Shown here in pieces: positions 35,407 through 44,368 of a stretch of DNA of 64,000 bases. The DNA comes from Gemmatimonadota bacterium. GTDB lineage: Bacteria > Gemmatimonadota > Gemmatimonadetes > Gemmatimonadales > GWC2-71-9. Positions within the stretch are counted from its first letter, which is position 1, and the number at the start of each line of letters is the position of its first letter. The stretch spans positions 7,099 to 71,098 of the forward strand of contig JAOTWJ010000001.1 in NCBI GenBank assembly GCA_029862925.1, in the 5' to 3' direction. Made by a program: the position numbers and the translations under genes. The notes under the pieces are model-generated. The model saw only the letters and a program-made list of their open reading frames with translations, did not search any database and had not been told where the DNA came from.

Positions 35407-35664
35407 CGTCGTCGTCCATGGCTCAACAGGTGAACGCCACCGAGTGGCAAGTATTTGCGTGACAAGGGGTTCGCGCGAGATGCGCGCGCGCGCGTTCGCA
35501 CGAATTCTAGTCGGTCGGCGGCGCTGGGACTACCGATCGACGGGCGCCGCTTGACAGGCCCACCAAGTCGGGAATCTTGAATCGCGCTGTCGAGTACCTG
35601 GATCCGCAGTCCCCGTGCGTTCGGGCGGGCGGGCGCCCGCCGGCACGTCCAACCAGGAGGTAGC

Positions 35665-36237
35665 ATGTACCGCACCGTCGCCCTCACGCTCACGCTCGCC
35701 ACCCTCACCGCCGGCGCCCTTCGTGCGCAGGACGCCGCCAAGGACGCGGCGAAGAAGGCCAAGCTTGCCAGCGCCCTCAGCTCCGCCCCGACGTCGGTCA
35801 CCGACCAGGCCACGATCATGGACTGGGACAACACGGTCCTCCGGCCCGGCACGAACGGCTGGACCTGTTTCCCCGACATGCCCGAGAACACGGGCACCGA
35901 TCCCATGTGCCTGGATGGGCCGTGGGTAAACTGGGCCCACGCGTGGATGACCAAGACCAAGCCGACGTACGCGAAGATGGGCTTCGGGTACATGCTGGCC
36001 GGCAGCGGAGCCGAATCCAACACGGACCCATACGCGAAAGGCCCCACGCCGGACAATCAATGGATCGACCGCAACATCCCGCACATTATGGTGATCGTGC
36101 CCGATCCCGCGATGCTCGAGGGCCTCTCGACGGATCCGAACAACGGCGGGCCGTGGGTGATGTGGAAGGGCACACCCTACGTGCACATCATGGTCCCGAC
36201 GCCCGAGATGGCGCCGCACATGCCGATGCGTCGCTAG
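35665..36237 (+). CDS. Secreted hypothetical protein with a Met/His-rich C-terminus
   Basis: 190 aa. AGGAGG lies 6 nt upstream of the ATG and the signal peptide is MYRTVALTLTLATLTAGALRAQ. Composition is normal. The protein ends PYVHIMVPTPEMAPHMPMRR. Confidence 0.6.
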   Translation: MYRTVALTLTLATLTAGALRAQDAAKDAAKKAKLASALSSAPTSVTDQATIMDWDNTVLRPGTNGWTCFPDMPENTGTDPMCLDGPWVNWAHAWMTKTKPTYAKMGFGYMLAGSGAESNTDPYAKGPTPDNQWIDRNIPHIMVIVPDPAMLEGLSTDPNNGGPWVMWKGTPYVHIMVPTPEMAPHMPMRR

Positions 36238-36280
36238 CGATCCAGTGGCCGCGGCGGGCGCGTCCCGCCGCCGCGCCTGC

Positions 36281-38182
36281 CTACTGCACGATCGCGTCGA
36301 TCGTCCGAGTGCTCACCGTGTGGTAGCGCGGCCGCGCCACACGGTAGATCTGCCGCGCCAAGGGCTGGCCCCACGCGCGCGCCATGAGATCCGCGTACAG
36401 GGGGCGCAGGAACTTGCGCCGGCCCTGACTCGTGAGAAACCGCTCGAGCGCCGGGAGCGCCGGTTCGTAGCGGTGCGCGATCGCGATCCTGAGCCACGCG
36501 ACCAGCACTTCGCTGTTGCCCGACCGCGTGAGGCCGAACGTGCGATCGAGGTCGGCCAGTTGCTCGCGGGTCAGTGAATCGGCAAGCAGCGCGCCCAGGA
36601 AGTGCTGCCATTCCTGGGTCGACCAGCGACCCGCGGAGAGCTGCCTCGCCGGTGATCCCTGCTGGAATCGCGTGACCTGCGCGTCCACCCGCGCAAAGGC
36701 CTCGGAGTGCGGGACGACGGCGTTCCCCGGCAGTCCCGGCCCATACACCCATCGCTCGAGCTGAAGCTGGTCCTCGAGCTCTTGATCGCCCGCGATGAGG
36801 TGCTCCCTGATATCGCGCAGGAAGTCGGCGGAGGTGATGGAGGTAAAGGCGTGGCGGGCGAAATAGTCCCGGAGCCACCGATCAAATCGGTCGCGCCCCA
36901 CGCTCGTCTCGATCGTCCGCAGCAGCGCCGCTCCCTTGTCGTAGGCGATGGGCGTGGCGGCGTCGTCTGGATCGTGGCCGCGCAGGTTCAGGTGCAGGAC
37001 CGTGCGGCTGGAATCGGCGCCGAACTCCGCGATGGCGGTCTCCAGGTCCTGGCGGCCGAGCACTTCGAGCATGGCAGCGCGCTCGGCGCCGTACACGGCC
37101 TCCATGATGCGCAATTCGAGGTAACTCGTGAAGCCCTCGTTGAGCCAGAAGTCGCTCCACGTGGCGTTGGTCACGAGGTTGCCCGACCAGGAGTGGGCCA
37201 GTTCATGCGCGATGAGCGCCACGAGTGAGCGGTCGCCGGCCAGAATCGTGGGGGTCGCGAACGTCAGCCGCGGGTTCTCCATCCCCCCGAAAGGGAACGA
37301 CGGGGGCAGCACCAGCACGTCGTAGCGCCCCCAGCGATAGGGACCGTACAGCGCTTCCGTCGCCTCGACCATCCGTTCCAGATCGGCGAATTCGGCCGCC
37401 GCCTGCTCCACGACGGCGGGCTCGGCGTAGACGCCCGTCCGCGGTCCGGTCGCACGAAACGCGATGTCGCCGATCGCGAGGGCGAAGAGGTATGGCGGGA
37501 TGGGCTCGGGCATCCGGAACGCGAACGCCCGGCCGCCGGGGACGGCCGTTCCGTCTGGTGTGAGCATTTCGGCGCTCATGACGGCCCGCAGCCCGTCCGG
37601 CACGACGAGGCGCGCGGCGTACGTCTGGCGGATGCCGGGGCTGTCCTGCGTGGGCACCCACGTGCGGGTCAGGATGGCCTGGCCCTGCGAGAACAAGTAC
37701 GGCTGCTGCCCGCCCGCCGTCTGCGCCGGGTCGAGCCACTGCAACGCGGGGGCGTCGGGGCTGGTGGCATAGCGGATCGTGATCACCGTCACGTCGCGCG
37801 GCAGGGAGACGCGCAGCGGGCGGCCGAGAATCGAATCGGGCGTCCCGAGGACGAACTCGAGTGCCGAGCCCGCCGTGTCCGTGACGGCTTCGATCGCGAG
37901 GTCTCGGGTGTCGAGCACCACCTCCGCGGCGTCGCGCGCGCGGTCGAGCGTTAGCGTCGCGCTGCCCGACAGTTGCCGCCGCTCGAAGTCGGCGCGCAGG
38001 TCGAGCGCCACATGGGTAACGCGCGCGATCTCGGGGCGCGCGTAGGAGTGGATATCGCGGACGAACGGCAGATCCGCGCGGTCCGACGGCCCGCAGGCGG
38101 CGATGAGGCCGAGTGTGGCCAGCGCTGGGACCAGGACGGACGAGCGAATCACGGGAACCTCCGGACCTCCCGCGGCGTCCAT
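36281..38182 (-). CDS. M1 family aminopeptidase (leukotriene A4 hydrolase / cold-active aminopeptidase type), lipoprotein
   Basis: It has the GAMEN-type motif FGGMENP, the zincin motif HELAHSWSGN, then WLNEGFTSYLE, and a C-terminal LTA4H-like helical domain. An alternative start at GTG 38152, preceded by GGAGG, gives MIRSSVLVPALATLGLIAAC. Confidence 0.85.
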   Translation of the reverse strand: MDAAGGPEVPVIRSSVLVPALATLGLIAACGPSDRADLPFVRDIHSYARPEIARVTHVALDLRADFERRQLSGSATLTLDRARDAAEVVLDTRDLAIEAVTDTAGSALEFVLGTPDSILGRPLRVSLPRDVTVITIRYATSPDAPALQWLDPAQTAGGQQPYLFSQGQAILTRTWVPTQDSPGIRQTYAARLVVPDGLRAVMSAEMLTPDGTAVPGGRAFAFRMPEPIPPYLFALAIGDIAFRATGPRTGVYAEPAVVEQAAAEFADLERMVEATEALYGPYRWGRYDVLVLPPSFPFGGMENPRLTFATPTILAGDRSLVALIAHELAHSWSGNLVTNATWSDFWLNEGFTSYLELRIMEAVYGAERAAMLEVLGRQDLETAIAEFGADSSRTVLHLNLRGHDPDDAATPIAYDKGAALLRTIETSVGRDRFDRWLRDYFARHAFTSITSADFLRDIREHLIAGDQELEDQLQLERWVYGPGLPGNAVVPHSEAFARVDAQVTRFQQGSPARQLSAGRWSTQEWQHFLGALLADSLTREQLADLDRTFGLTRSGNSEVLVAWLRIAIAHRYEPALPALERFLTSQGRRKFLRPLYADLMARAWGQPLARQIYRVARPRYHTVSTRTIDAIVQ

Positions 38183-38246
38183 CGACGCGGGGTCGGGAAG
38201 ATAACGTCGGCGAAGGTGGCCGCGCGGGCGTGCGCGGCGGAGCGGG

Positions 38247-39812
38247 CTAGCGGGCTTCGGCTCGCACGAGGCGGCGGAGCAGCGCCTCGAGGGTGTCAGG
38301 CTCGACGCGCCCGCGCGCGTTCACGAGGTAGCTCCAGAAGCGAACCCTGCCGGCGCTCGTGTCGGCGGTCGCCGCCGTCACCTCGGGCTGACCGACTCCG
38401 GTCGTGTCGGTGCCGGCGGCGAGCGGCAGTGCGCTGAGCGCGACTGTTTCGCCGGAAGGAAGTCGCTGGACGATGCGGAACGCGGGCCGACCACCGGCGG
38501 GAACCTGCGTCACGGAAACGATCGGCAAGCCACTGATGATCATGGCGCCCCTGGGGAGCGATGGCGCGGTGCGGTCGGCCGCGGGGTCGGGTGCCGCGCG
38601 CCCCGTCTCGCCCGCGCCCGGGGGAGTCACCGGGGGCGGGGCCGGAACGGCCGCCAGCGCCGTTTCCGGCTGCGCCAGGGTTCTCAGCGTGTTCGTGGGC
38701 ACCAACGCGGTGTCGGTCTCGGCACGGAGGGAATCAGCCGGTGCCGATGCCCGAGGCACGGGACGCGGAGGCGGCTGGCCCCCTTGCGCGGATTCCCCGC
38801 GGCTCCCGAACGGCGGGAGGCCGAGCATGTACGCGGCGACCGCCGCCCCCGTGATGACCACCACCGCCGCTACCGCAATCGCGGGGCGTCGATCGCGCCG
38901 GCGCCGGTCCGCGGTCAAGAACACTTTCCCCACCGCGGCACGGCTTTCCTGACGCGTCCGCGGGGGCGCCGGGTGCGCCGGGCGCGGCGCAGGCGGTGTT
39001 GCGGCACGCGGGGCCGGTGGACGCTCGACGCGGGGCGTCGGCGGCGGTGCGACCCGCTGCCGCGGCGGGGGTCCGACCTGCGGCCCCCGGGGCGGCAGCG
39101 GGCTGGGTTGGGCCAGGGCAGGTGGCGGCGTGGGCACCTTGGGGGGAACCGGGGGTGGTGCGTGCACGTTCGGGGGTACCGGCGGCGGTGCGGGCAGCCG
39201 CTCGGGCAGGGCGCGCGAGGCCGGCGGGGTCGGGATGCTCGCCGAGCCGGGCGACACGTCGCGGGTCACCTCCAGCACATCGTCGGGCCCCGCGGCCGCG
39301 CGCTCGTCCGGCGACTCGGCCGGCGGCGTTTGGTCCAGCTCCGCCAGCATCGCCGTGACCCCAGCCCGGACCTCGGCGTCGGGACGGCCCGCATACGGCT
39401 GGAGCCCAACGACCAGATGGGGCAGCTTGGCGCGGCGCGCGTAGTCGGTCAGCACCGCATGGGCGGCGTGCACGTGTCCGTGCTCGAGCAGGCGCTCGAC
39501 CGACACGCGGAACGCATCCCAACGGCCTGGCGCCACGCGCAGCAGCTTGACACACAGCGCGATGACGCGCTGGTCCGAGCCGGCACGGGCGTAGTGGTCG
39601 GCCGCCTCCTCGTACATCGCAATCGCCGTTGTGGTATCGCCCAGCTTGAGGGAGAGGTCACCGACCTTGACGTAGAGCGCCAGCTCGTCGCGGATCGCGG
39701 GCGTCCGCTCCAGGTGCGTCAGGATGTGGCGATAGACGGCGAGTGCCTTGTCCTGGGCGCCTTGCTGCTCCAGCGCGCGTGCGCGCTCCTTGAGCTCAGA
39801 GACTTTCGCCAC
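38247..39812 (-). CDS. Hypothetical bitopic protein: TPR-like N-terminal domain, long proline-rich linker, one TM helix, extracytoplasmic C-terminal domain
   Basis: 521 aa. The N-terminus is helical (LAVYRHILTHLERTP..ALYVKVGDLSLKLGD..AIAMYEEAADHY). A P-rich tract of about 110 aa follows (PAPPPVPPNVHAPPPVPPKVPTPPP...). The TM helix is PAIAVAAVVVITGAAVAAYML. Coding is supported by ORF length and by the structured N- and C-terminal regions. Confidence 0.55.
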   Translation of the reverse strand: MAKVSELKERARALEQQGAQDKALAVYRHILTHLERTPAIRDELALYVKVGDLSLKLGDTTTAIAMYEEAADHYARAGSDQRVIALCVKLLRVAPGRWDAFRVSVERLLEHGHVHAAHAVLTDYARRAKLPHLVVGLQPYAGRPDAEVRAGVTAMLAELDQTPPAESPDERAAAGPDDVLEVTRDVSPGSASIPTPPASRALPERLPAPPPVPPNVHAPPPVPPKVPTPPPALAQPSPLPPRGPQVGPPPRQRVAPPPTPRVERPPAPRAATPPAPRPAHPAPPRTRQESRAAVGKVFLTADRRRRDRRPAIAVAAVVVITGAAVAAYMLGLPPFGSRGESAQGGQPPPRPVPRASAPADSLRAETDTALVPTNTLRTLAQPETALAAVPAPPPVTPPGAGETGRAAPDPAADRTAPSLPRGAMIISGLPIVSVTQVPAGGRPAFRIVQRLPSGETVALSALPLAAGTDTTGVGQPEVTAATADTSAGRVRFWSYLVNARGRVEPDTLEALLRRLVRAEAR

Positions 39813-39904
39813 GTCACCCGCGTCGGTGAATCGTTGCCGAGGAGATGCTGCGCCGGACGCCTAGAAAGGTATCGAGGAACTCGTGCCGAGCAACCGGGTG
39901 AACG

Positions 39905-40840
39905 TCAGGGTCCGAGGATCTCCCACCACATCTTGACGGCGACCGCCGCGATCACCCCACCGAGGATGAGCCCGAGCACGCGGGGGCGAGTGCGGCGACT
40001 GACCGACGCGCCGGCCCAGGCGCCCGGCAGGGCGCCGGCCACCAGGGCGAGCGCGAGGAGCCAGTCGACCTGACCGGTCGCGATCTTCCCGGCGGCCCCG
40101 GCGAGCCCGGACAGCAAGACGATCCCCAGGGCCGCCCCCACCGCGGCCCGCATCGGAATCCGCAGCAGGAACAGCATCAACGGAATCAGCAGGAATCCAC
40201 CGCCGGCACCGACCAGTCCGACGAGCACGCCCACAACGAGCCCGCTGGCCACCGCGAGCGGCATGTTGAACCGAATCTCCGCAGCATCGATTTCGCGCGG
40301 CATCCAGCGGGCGGGGAGGAACATCAGGATCGCGGCCACCAGGGCGAGGGAGGCAAACACGCCGGTGAGCGCCGGAGCCGACACCCGGCTCGAGAGGAGC
40401 GCGCCCGCGAGCGACCCCGCCACCATGGCACTGCCCAACGTGGCCACGATGGCTCCGCGAACCGCTCCGTGGTGCAAGTGACCCAGGAACCCGGCGAGTC
40501 CGGCGGCCGCGACCTGGATCATCGTCACGCCGGCCACGGTGTGAACCGCCAGCGGCGTGAGCCCGGCCAGCGGCGGCACATACAGCAGCAGAGGAAACAT
40601 GAGGATGGCCCCGCCCACCCCCACCAGGCCCGCGACGAACGCCCCGAGCAATCCCAGCACCACATACAGCGCGCGAAAGGGCTCTTGGGTAACCGCCAGC
40701 GCCACCGCCGCCACCCAGGCGGCGGTCAGGGCAGGCACGGGCCCCGCGACCGCCCGCAGCACCGCGCCCGCCCTCCGACGTGCCGCCGGCGGTTTGGCGG
40801 CGACGATCGGCGGACGGTCGGGTGGGACCTCAGGTGTCAC
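39905..40840 (-). CDS. TauE/SafE-family (sulfite exporter-like) membrane protein
   Basis: The duplicated motif GLVGVGGAILMFPLLLY / GLVGAGGGFLLIPLMLFLL is typical of TauE/SafE. The start is set at GTG 40840, with GAGGAG 11 nt upstream. The rest of track ORF 39905-41635 is antisense to the next gene. Confidence 0.7.
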   Translation of the reverse strand: MTPEVPPDRPPIVAAKPPAARRRAGAVLRAVAGPVPALTAAWVAAVALAVTQEPFRALYVVLGLLGAFVAGLVGVGGAILMFPLLLYVPPLAGLTPLAVHTVAGVTMIQVAAAGLAGFLGHLHHGAVRGAIVATLGSAMVAGSLAGALLSSRVSAPALTGVFASLALVAAILMFLPARWMPREIDAAEIRFNMPLAVASGLVVGVLVGLVGAGGGFLLIPLMLFLLRIPMRAAVGAALGIVLLSGLAGAAGKIATGQVDWLLALALVAGALPGAWAGASVSRRTRPRVLGLILGGVIAAVAVKMWWEILGP

Positions 40841-41023
40841 GGAATCCACCGCTCCTCGGTGGCGCACACGTCGGCATGGGGATGAAGCAATATCACAATA
40901 TCCGCGCACACGCGACCGCTCACGCCGGGGCGCGGCAGTGCCGTTGCCACCGCCCGTCCCGCCGCAGCATCTTAGACACACCCAGCCGGACACCGGTCGT
41001 CGACCGGAGAGGAGATGAGACCG

Positions 41024-41731
41024 ATGCGCTGTTCCCGCTGCGGCCGCGAGGCCGCGCAGACCGATAAGTTCTGTGCCGAATGCGGCATGTTTCTTCGGGA
41101 TGCCTGGGTGGATCGCCGCCTGCTGCTTCCCCTGACGCTGGAGACCGAGGGCCGCGATCGAGAGGCGCGGCGCGAGTTGGAGCGCCTCGTCGAGGCACAG
41201 CCCGACTCGGCCCTCGCGCACCACCTGCTGGGCACCGTCTACTTCCACCAGGGCACGCTCGACCGGGCCATCGAGCGGTACGAGGAGGCCCTGCGACTCG
41301 CCCCCTCGTTCGTCGTGTGCTCCTACGATCTCGGAGTCGCCCATTATCACCGCGGTAACATGCCGGGCGCCATCCAGGCGTTCCGTCGGTGTCTGGAGAT
41401 CGACCCGCGCTACAACGCGGCGCACTACCGCCTGGCCATCGCGCTGTTCCACGCGGGCGAGCTGGAACAGGCGCTGGAGCATTTTGAGCGCTGTACCACC
41501 CTCACGCCGGAGTACCTGATGGCGCGGTACCACATCGGCGTGATCCACGAGCGCCGCCAGGATCCGGACGCCGCCGCGCGCGAGTTCCGGAGCAGCATGG
41601 ACGAGGGGGTGGGGGAGGTGAGCAGCGTCTATCACCTAGCGATGATTCACCGCACCCGGGGAGACGAGCAGACCGCCACGAAGTTGCTGGACCGCGCGCG
41701 AGAGTTCGGGCGCGCGGCCGCCGCCGGCTGA
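41024..41731 (+). CDS. Zinc-ribbon plus TPR-repeat protein
   Basis: It starts MRCSRCGREAAQTDKFCAECG (CxxC...CxxC), followed by about 4 TPR units (HHLLGTVYFHQGTLDRAIERYEEALRLAP...). GGAGAGGAG ends 9 nt before ATG 41024. ATG 41015 is also possible. Confidence 0.7.
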   Translation: MRCSRCGREAAQTDKFCAECGMFLRDAWVDRRLLLPLTLETEGRDREARRELERLVEAQPDSALAHHLLGTVYFHQGTLDRAIERYEEALRLAPSFVVCSYDLGVAHYHRGNMPGAIQAFRRCLEIDPRYNAAHYRLAIALFHAGELEQALEHFERCTTLTPEYLMARYHIGVIHERRQDPDAAAREFRSSMDEGVGEVSSVYHLAMIHRTRGDEQTATKLLDRAREFGRAAAAG

Positions 41732-41738
41732 TCGCTCC

Positions 41739-42986
41739 ATGCCGCACCTGCCTGCAGAAGAGCAACTGATCTACGACTGGGCCGCGGTCGGGTCGGAGGT
41801 CCCGCCGCGCCCCCAGGTGGCCATGCTCGATGACGAGACGTTGCGTGACGGGTTGCAGAGCCCCTCCGTGACCGATCCGCCCCTCGCGCTCAAGGTCGAG
41901 ATCCTGCACCTGATGAACGCCCTCGGGATCGAGACGGCGGATATCGGGCTTCCCGGGTCGGGGCCGCGCCAGCGCGAGGCCGTCGAGCGGCTCTGCCGCG
42001 AGATCGCCGATCACGGACTCCGGATTCGGGCCAACTGCGCGGCGCGGACCATGATCGTGGACATCCAGCCAATCGCCGACGTCGTGCAGAAGACAGGCGT
42101 GCCGATCGAGGCGTGCGTCTTCATCGGCAGCAGCCCCATCCGACAGTACGCCGAGGAGTGGGACCTCGCGCGGATCCTGCGGCACAGCCGTGAGGCGGTC
42201 GAGTTCGCCGTGGCCGAGGGGCTCGACGTCATGTACGTCACCGAGGACACGATCCGCGCCGCGCCGGAAGATCTACGCGTCCTGTTCACCGCCGCGATCG
42301 ACGCGGGCGCCAAGCGCCTCTGCCTATGCGACACGGTGGGCGCCGCGGTGCCCCGCGGCGTGTCCAACCTCGTGACCTGGACGCGGCGGGTGCTCAGCGA
42401 GCTCGGTGTGGCCGACCGTGTCGGCATCGACTGGCACGGCCACCGCGACCGCGGGCTGGACATTGCGAACACGGTGGCGGCGCTGGAAGCGGGCGCGACC
42501 CGCGTGCACGGCACCGCCCTGGGCGTAGGCGAGCGGGTGGGGAACACGCCCATGGAGCAGCTGCTCGTCAACCTGAAGCTGTTCGGCTGGCGCAACGACG
42601 ACCTCACGTGCCTGCCGGACTACGTGGCGGCGGTGTCCCGGGCCGTGGGGGTCCCGATTCCCGTGAATACCCCGATTGTCGGGCGGGATGCGTTCCGCAC
42701 GGCGACGGGGGTTCACGCGGCCGCCGTCATCAAGGCCCAGAAGAAGGGGGCGGCGTGGCTCGCCGACCGCGTCTACAGCGGGGTGCCCGCCAGTTGGGTG
42801 GGGCGCGAGCAGGAGATCGAGATCGGGCACATGTCCGGCGCCTCGAACGTCGTGTACTACCTCACGAAACGCGACCTCCCCGCGACGCCCGATGTCGTGC
42901 AGGCCGTGCTCGCCGCCGCCAAGCAGTCCGAGCGGTTACTCACGGACGAGGAGATCCTCGCCGCCGTCCACGCCGCCACGGCGTGA
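41739..42986 (+). CDS. HMGL-like DRE-TIM enzyme (2-isopropylmalate / homocitrate synthase family, short form)
   Basis: 415 aa with DDETLRDGLQSP, CLCDTVG, DWHGHRDRGLDIANTVAALEAGATRVHGTALGVGERVGNTPMEQL and TATGVHAAA. It lacks the long LeuA C-terminal regulatory domain. Confidence 0.75.
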   Translation: MPHLPAEEQLIYDWAAVGSEVPPRPQVAMLDDETLRDGLQSPSVTDPPLALKVEILHLMNALGIETADIGLPGSGPRQREAVERLCREIADHGLRIRANCAARTMIVDIQPIADVVQKTGVPIEACVFIGSSPIRQYAEEWDLARILRHSREAVEFAVAEGLDVMYVTEDTIRAAPEDLRVLFTAAIDAGAKRLCLCDTVGAAVPRGVSNLVTWTRRVLSELGVADRVGIDWHGHRDRGLDIANTVAALEAGATRVHGTALGVGERVGNTPMEQLLVNLKLFGWRNDDLTCLPDYVAAVSRAVGVPIPVNTPIVGRDAFRTATGVHAAAVIKAQKKGAAWLADRVYSGVPASWVGREQEIEIGHMSGASNVVYYLTKRDLPATPDVVQAVLAAAKQSERLLTDEEILAAVHAATA

Positions 42987-42988
42987 GC

Positions 42989-43023
42989 GGGCGGGGGGAG
43001 CGCCGGGGCGCCCCACCCCGCCC
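42989..43023. terminator. GC-rich nested hairpin between convergent genes (no U-run)
   Basis: gggcgggg (42989-42996) pairs with ccccgccc (43016-43023). This encloses the self-complementary ggggcgcccc (43005-43014). The element lies in the 43-nt spacer between the stops at 42986 and 43030. Confidence 0.3.
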
Positions 43024-43029
43024 ACGCCG

Positions 43030-43719
43030 TCACCGCTCGATACCGACCAGCTCCACTTCGAAAACCAGGGTCATCTCCGGCCCGATGTCCGGCGGGTAAC
43101 CGCCGGCGCCGTACCCCAGAGCCGGGGGCACCACGAAGCGGTACTTGCTCCCGACCGGCATGAGCTGCATGCCCTCCGTCCACCCGGGGATCACCTGATT
43201 CAGCGGGAAGGTCACGGGCTCGCCGGCATCGGTGGCGTCGAACTGCGTGCCGTCGACGAGCGTCCCGCGATACTGCACCCGCACCCGGTCGGTGGCCTTG
43301 GGCTTCGCCCCGCTCCCGGCCGTGAGCACCTCGTACTGCAGACCGCTCGCCGTGGTCTGTACGCCGGCCCGCTTCCCGTTCTCGGCTCGATACGCGTCAC
43401 CCTTCTGCCGGTTGCTGTCGGCCTGCGCCATCCGTCCCTCCGACTGTCGCTGCTGGACCTGGGCCGCGAACGTCTGCAGGACACGCCCGGCGGCCTGTTC
43501 GCTGAGCCGGGTCGTCCGCCCCTCGGTCATGTCGCGGAGCCCCTGCACCAGTGCGTCGAGCGCGATCTCGTCCCGCACCTCGCGCAACGAGGCCCCCATG
43601 TTCATCCCCACCGCATAGCTCGCGCTGTCCGCGAGCGTATTGAGCGCCGGGTTCGACTCCCCTGCACACGCGGCCACCACAAGCACCACACTGGCCGCGA
43701 CTGATTGCCTGAGCTGCAT
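43030..43719 (-). CDS. FKBP-type peptidyl-prolyl cis-trans isomerase (FkpA/Mip-like), lipoprotein
   Basis: 229 aa with the lipobox VVLVVAACAG and an N-terminal dimerisation helix region. The C-terminal FKBP core is V.V.YRGTLVDGTQFD...PVTFPLNQVIPGWTEGMQLM.VGSKYRFVVPP.LGYG. Confidence 0.9.
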   Translation of the reverse strand: MQLRQSVAASVVLVVAACAGESNPALNTLADSASYAVGMNMGASLREVRDEIALDALVQGLRDMTEGRTTRLSEQAAGRVLQTFAAQVQQRQSEGRMAQADSNRQKGDAYRAENGKRAGVQTTASGLQYEVLTAGSGAKPKATDRVRVQYRGTLVDGTQFDATDAGEPVTFPLNQVIPGWTEGMQLMPVGSKYRFVVPPALGYGAGGYPPDIGPEMTLVFEVELVGIER

Positions 43720-43843
43720 TGCCCCATCCAGGAAAACCGCGCCCTCCTCCGAAGCACGTTCGGCTCCGGTCTCCGGCGCGCCGTGTCACGAAGGTTGCAA
43801 GGTACCCAGGGGCGACCGCGGTTGTCTATCAGGTCAGCGCGTG

Positions 43844-44275
43844 ATGCGGGTGTCAGGTCGGAAGACGGCCCACGCAAACCAGAAGGGCGTCGGCGCGGTG
43901 GACCTCGGCCGCATCGAGTTGCCGGCGACGTTTCTCCTCCCCCAGCTCGCCGGCGGCCTGGTGTTCGGTGCCGGCTTTGTGATCGGCGGCTACTGTCCGG
44001 GCACGGGCTGTGTGGGGTTCGCCTCGGGCAGGCTCGATGCGCTGATGCTCGTCGCGGGCATGGTGACCGGGGTCTACGTCTTCGGCGAGGTCTTCCCGCT
44101 GGTGGCGGACTTCTACACGGCGACCCCGCTGGGCCCAGCGACGCTGGCCGACATGCTGCAGGTCCGCTTCGGCGTCGCCAGCGCGATGATCGCGGCGCTC
44201 GGCCTCCTGGCCCTCGCCGGCGCCGAGTGGGTGGAACGCCGCTTCCACCCGGCCGCGCGGCTCGGAAAACCCTAG
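43844..44275 (+). CDS. YeeE/YedE-family (sulfur-transport domain) small membrane protein; start uncertain
   Basis: LAGGLVFGAGFVIGGYCPGTG, then ALMLVAGMVTGVYVFGEVF and GVASAMIAALGLLALAG. That is only about 3 helices, and the N-terminus is hydrophilic. The part of track ORF 43640-44275 upstream of 43844 overlaps the FKBP gene. Confidence 0.5.
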   Translation: MRVSGRKTAHANQKGVGAVDLGRIELPATFLLPQLAGGLVFGAGFVIGGYCPGTGCVGFASGRLDALMLVAGMVTGVYVFGEVFPLVADFYTATPLGPATLADMLQVRFGVASAMIAALGLLALAGAEWVERRFHPAARLGKP

Positions 44276-44368
44276 CGATTCCCACCCCCGGAGCGCCACT
44301 GGCCTCGGGCTCCCTGGGCATGCTATCCTAGGGAACACCGGTCGGAAGCGGAGAGGGCCTCCGGACCC

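Noticed and set aside
30361-35433. 713-aa (30361-32502) and 606-aa (33613-35433) plus-strand ORFs
   Set aside because: They are antisense to the BNR, DUF4153 and ALDH7 genes. Their composition is shadow-ORF-like and they have no domain signatures.
43639-43660. GGTTCGACTCCCC, a tRNA T-loop-like string
   Set aside because: The flanking bases do not form a T-stem or acceptor stem, and the string lies inside the well-supported FKBP coding sequence.
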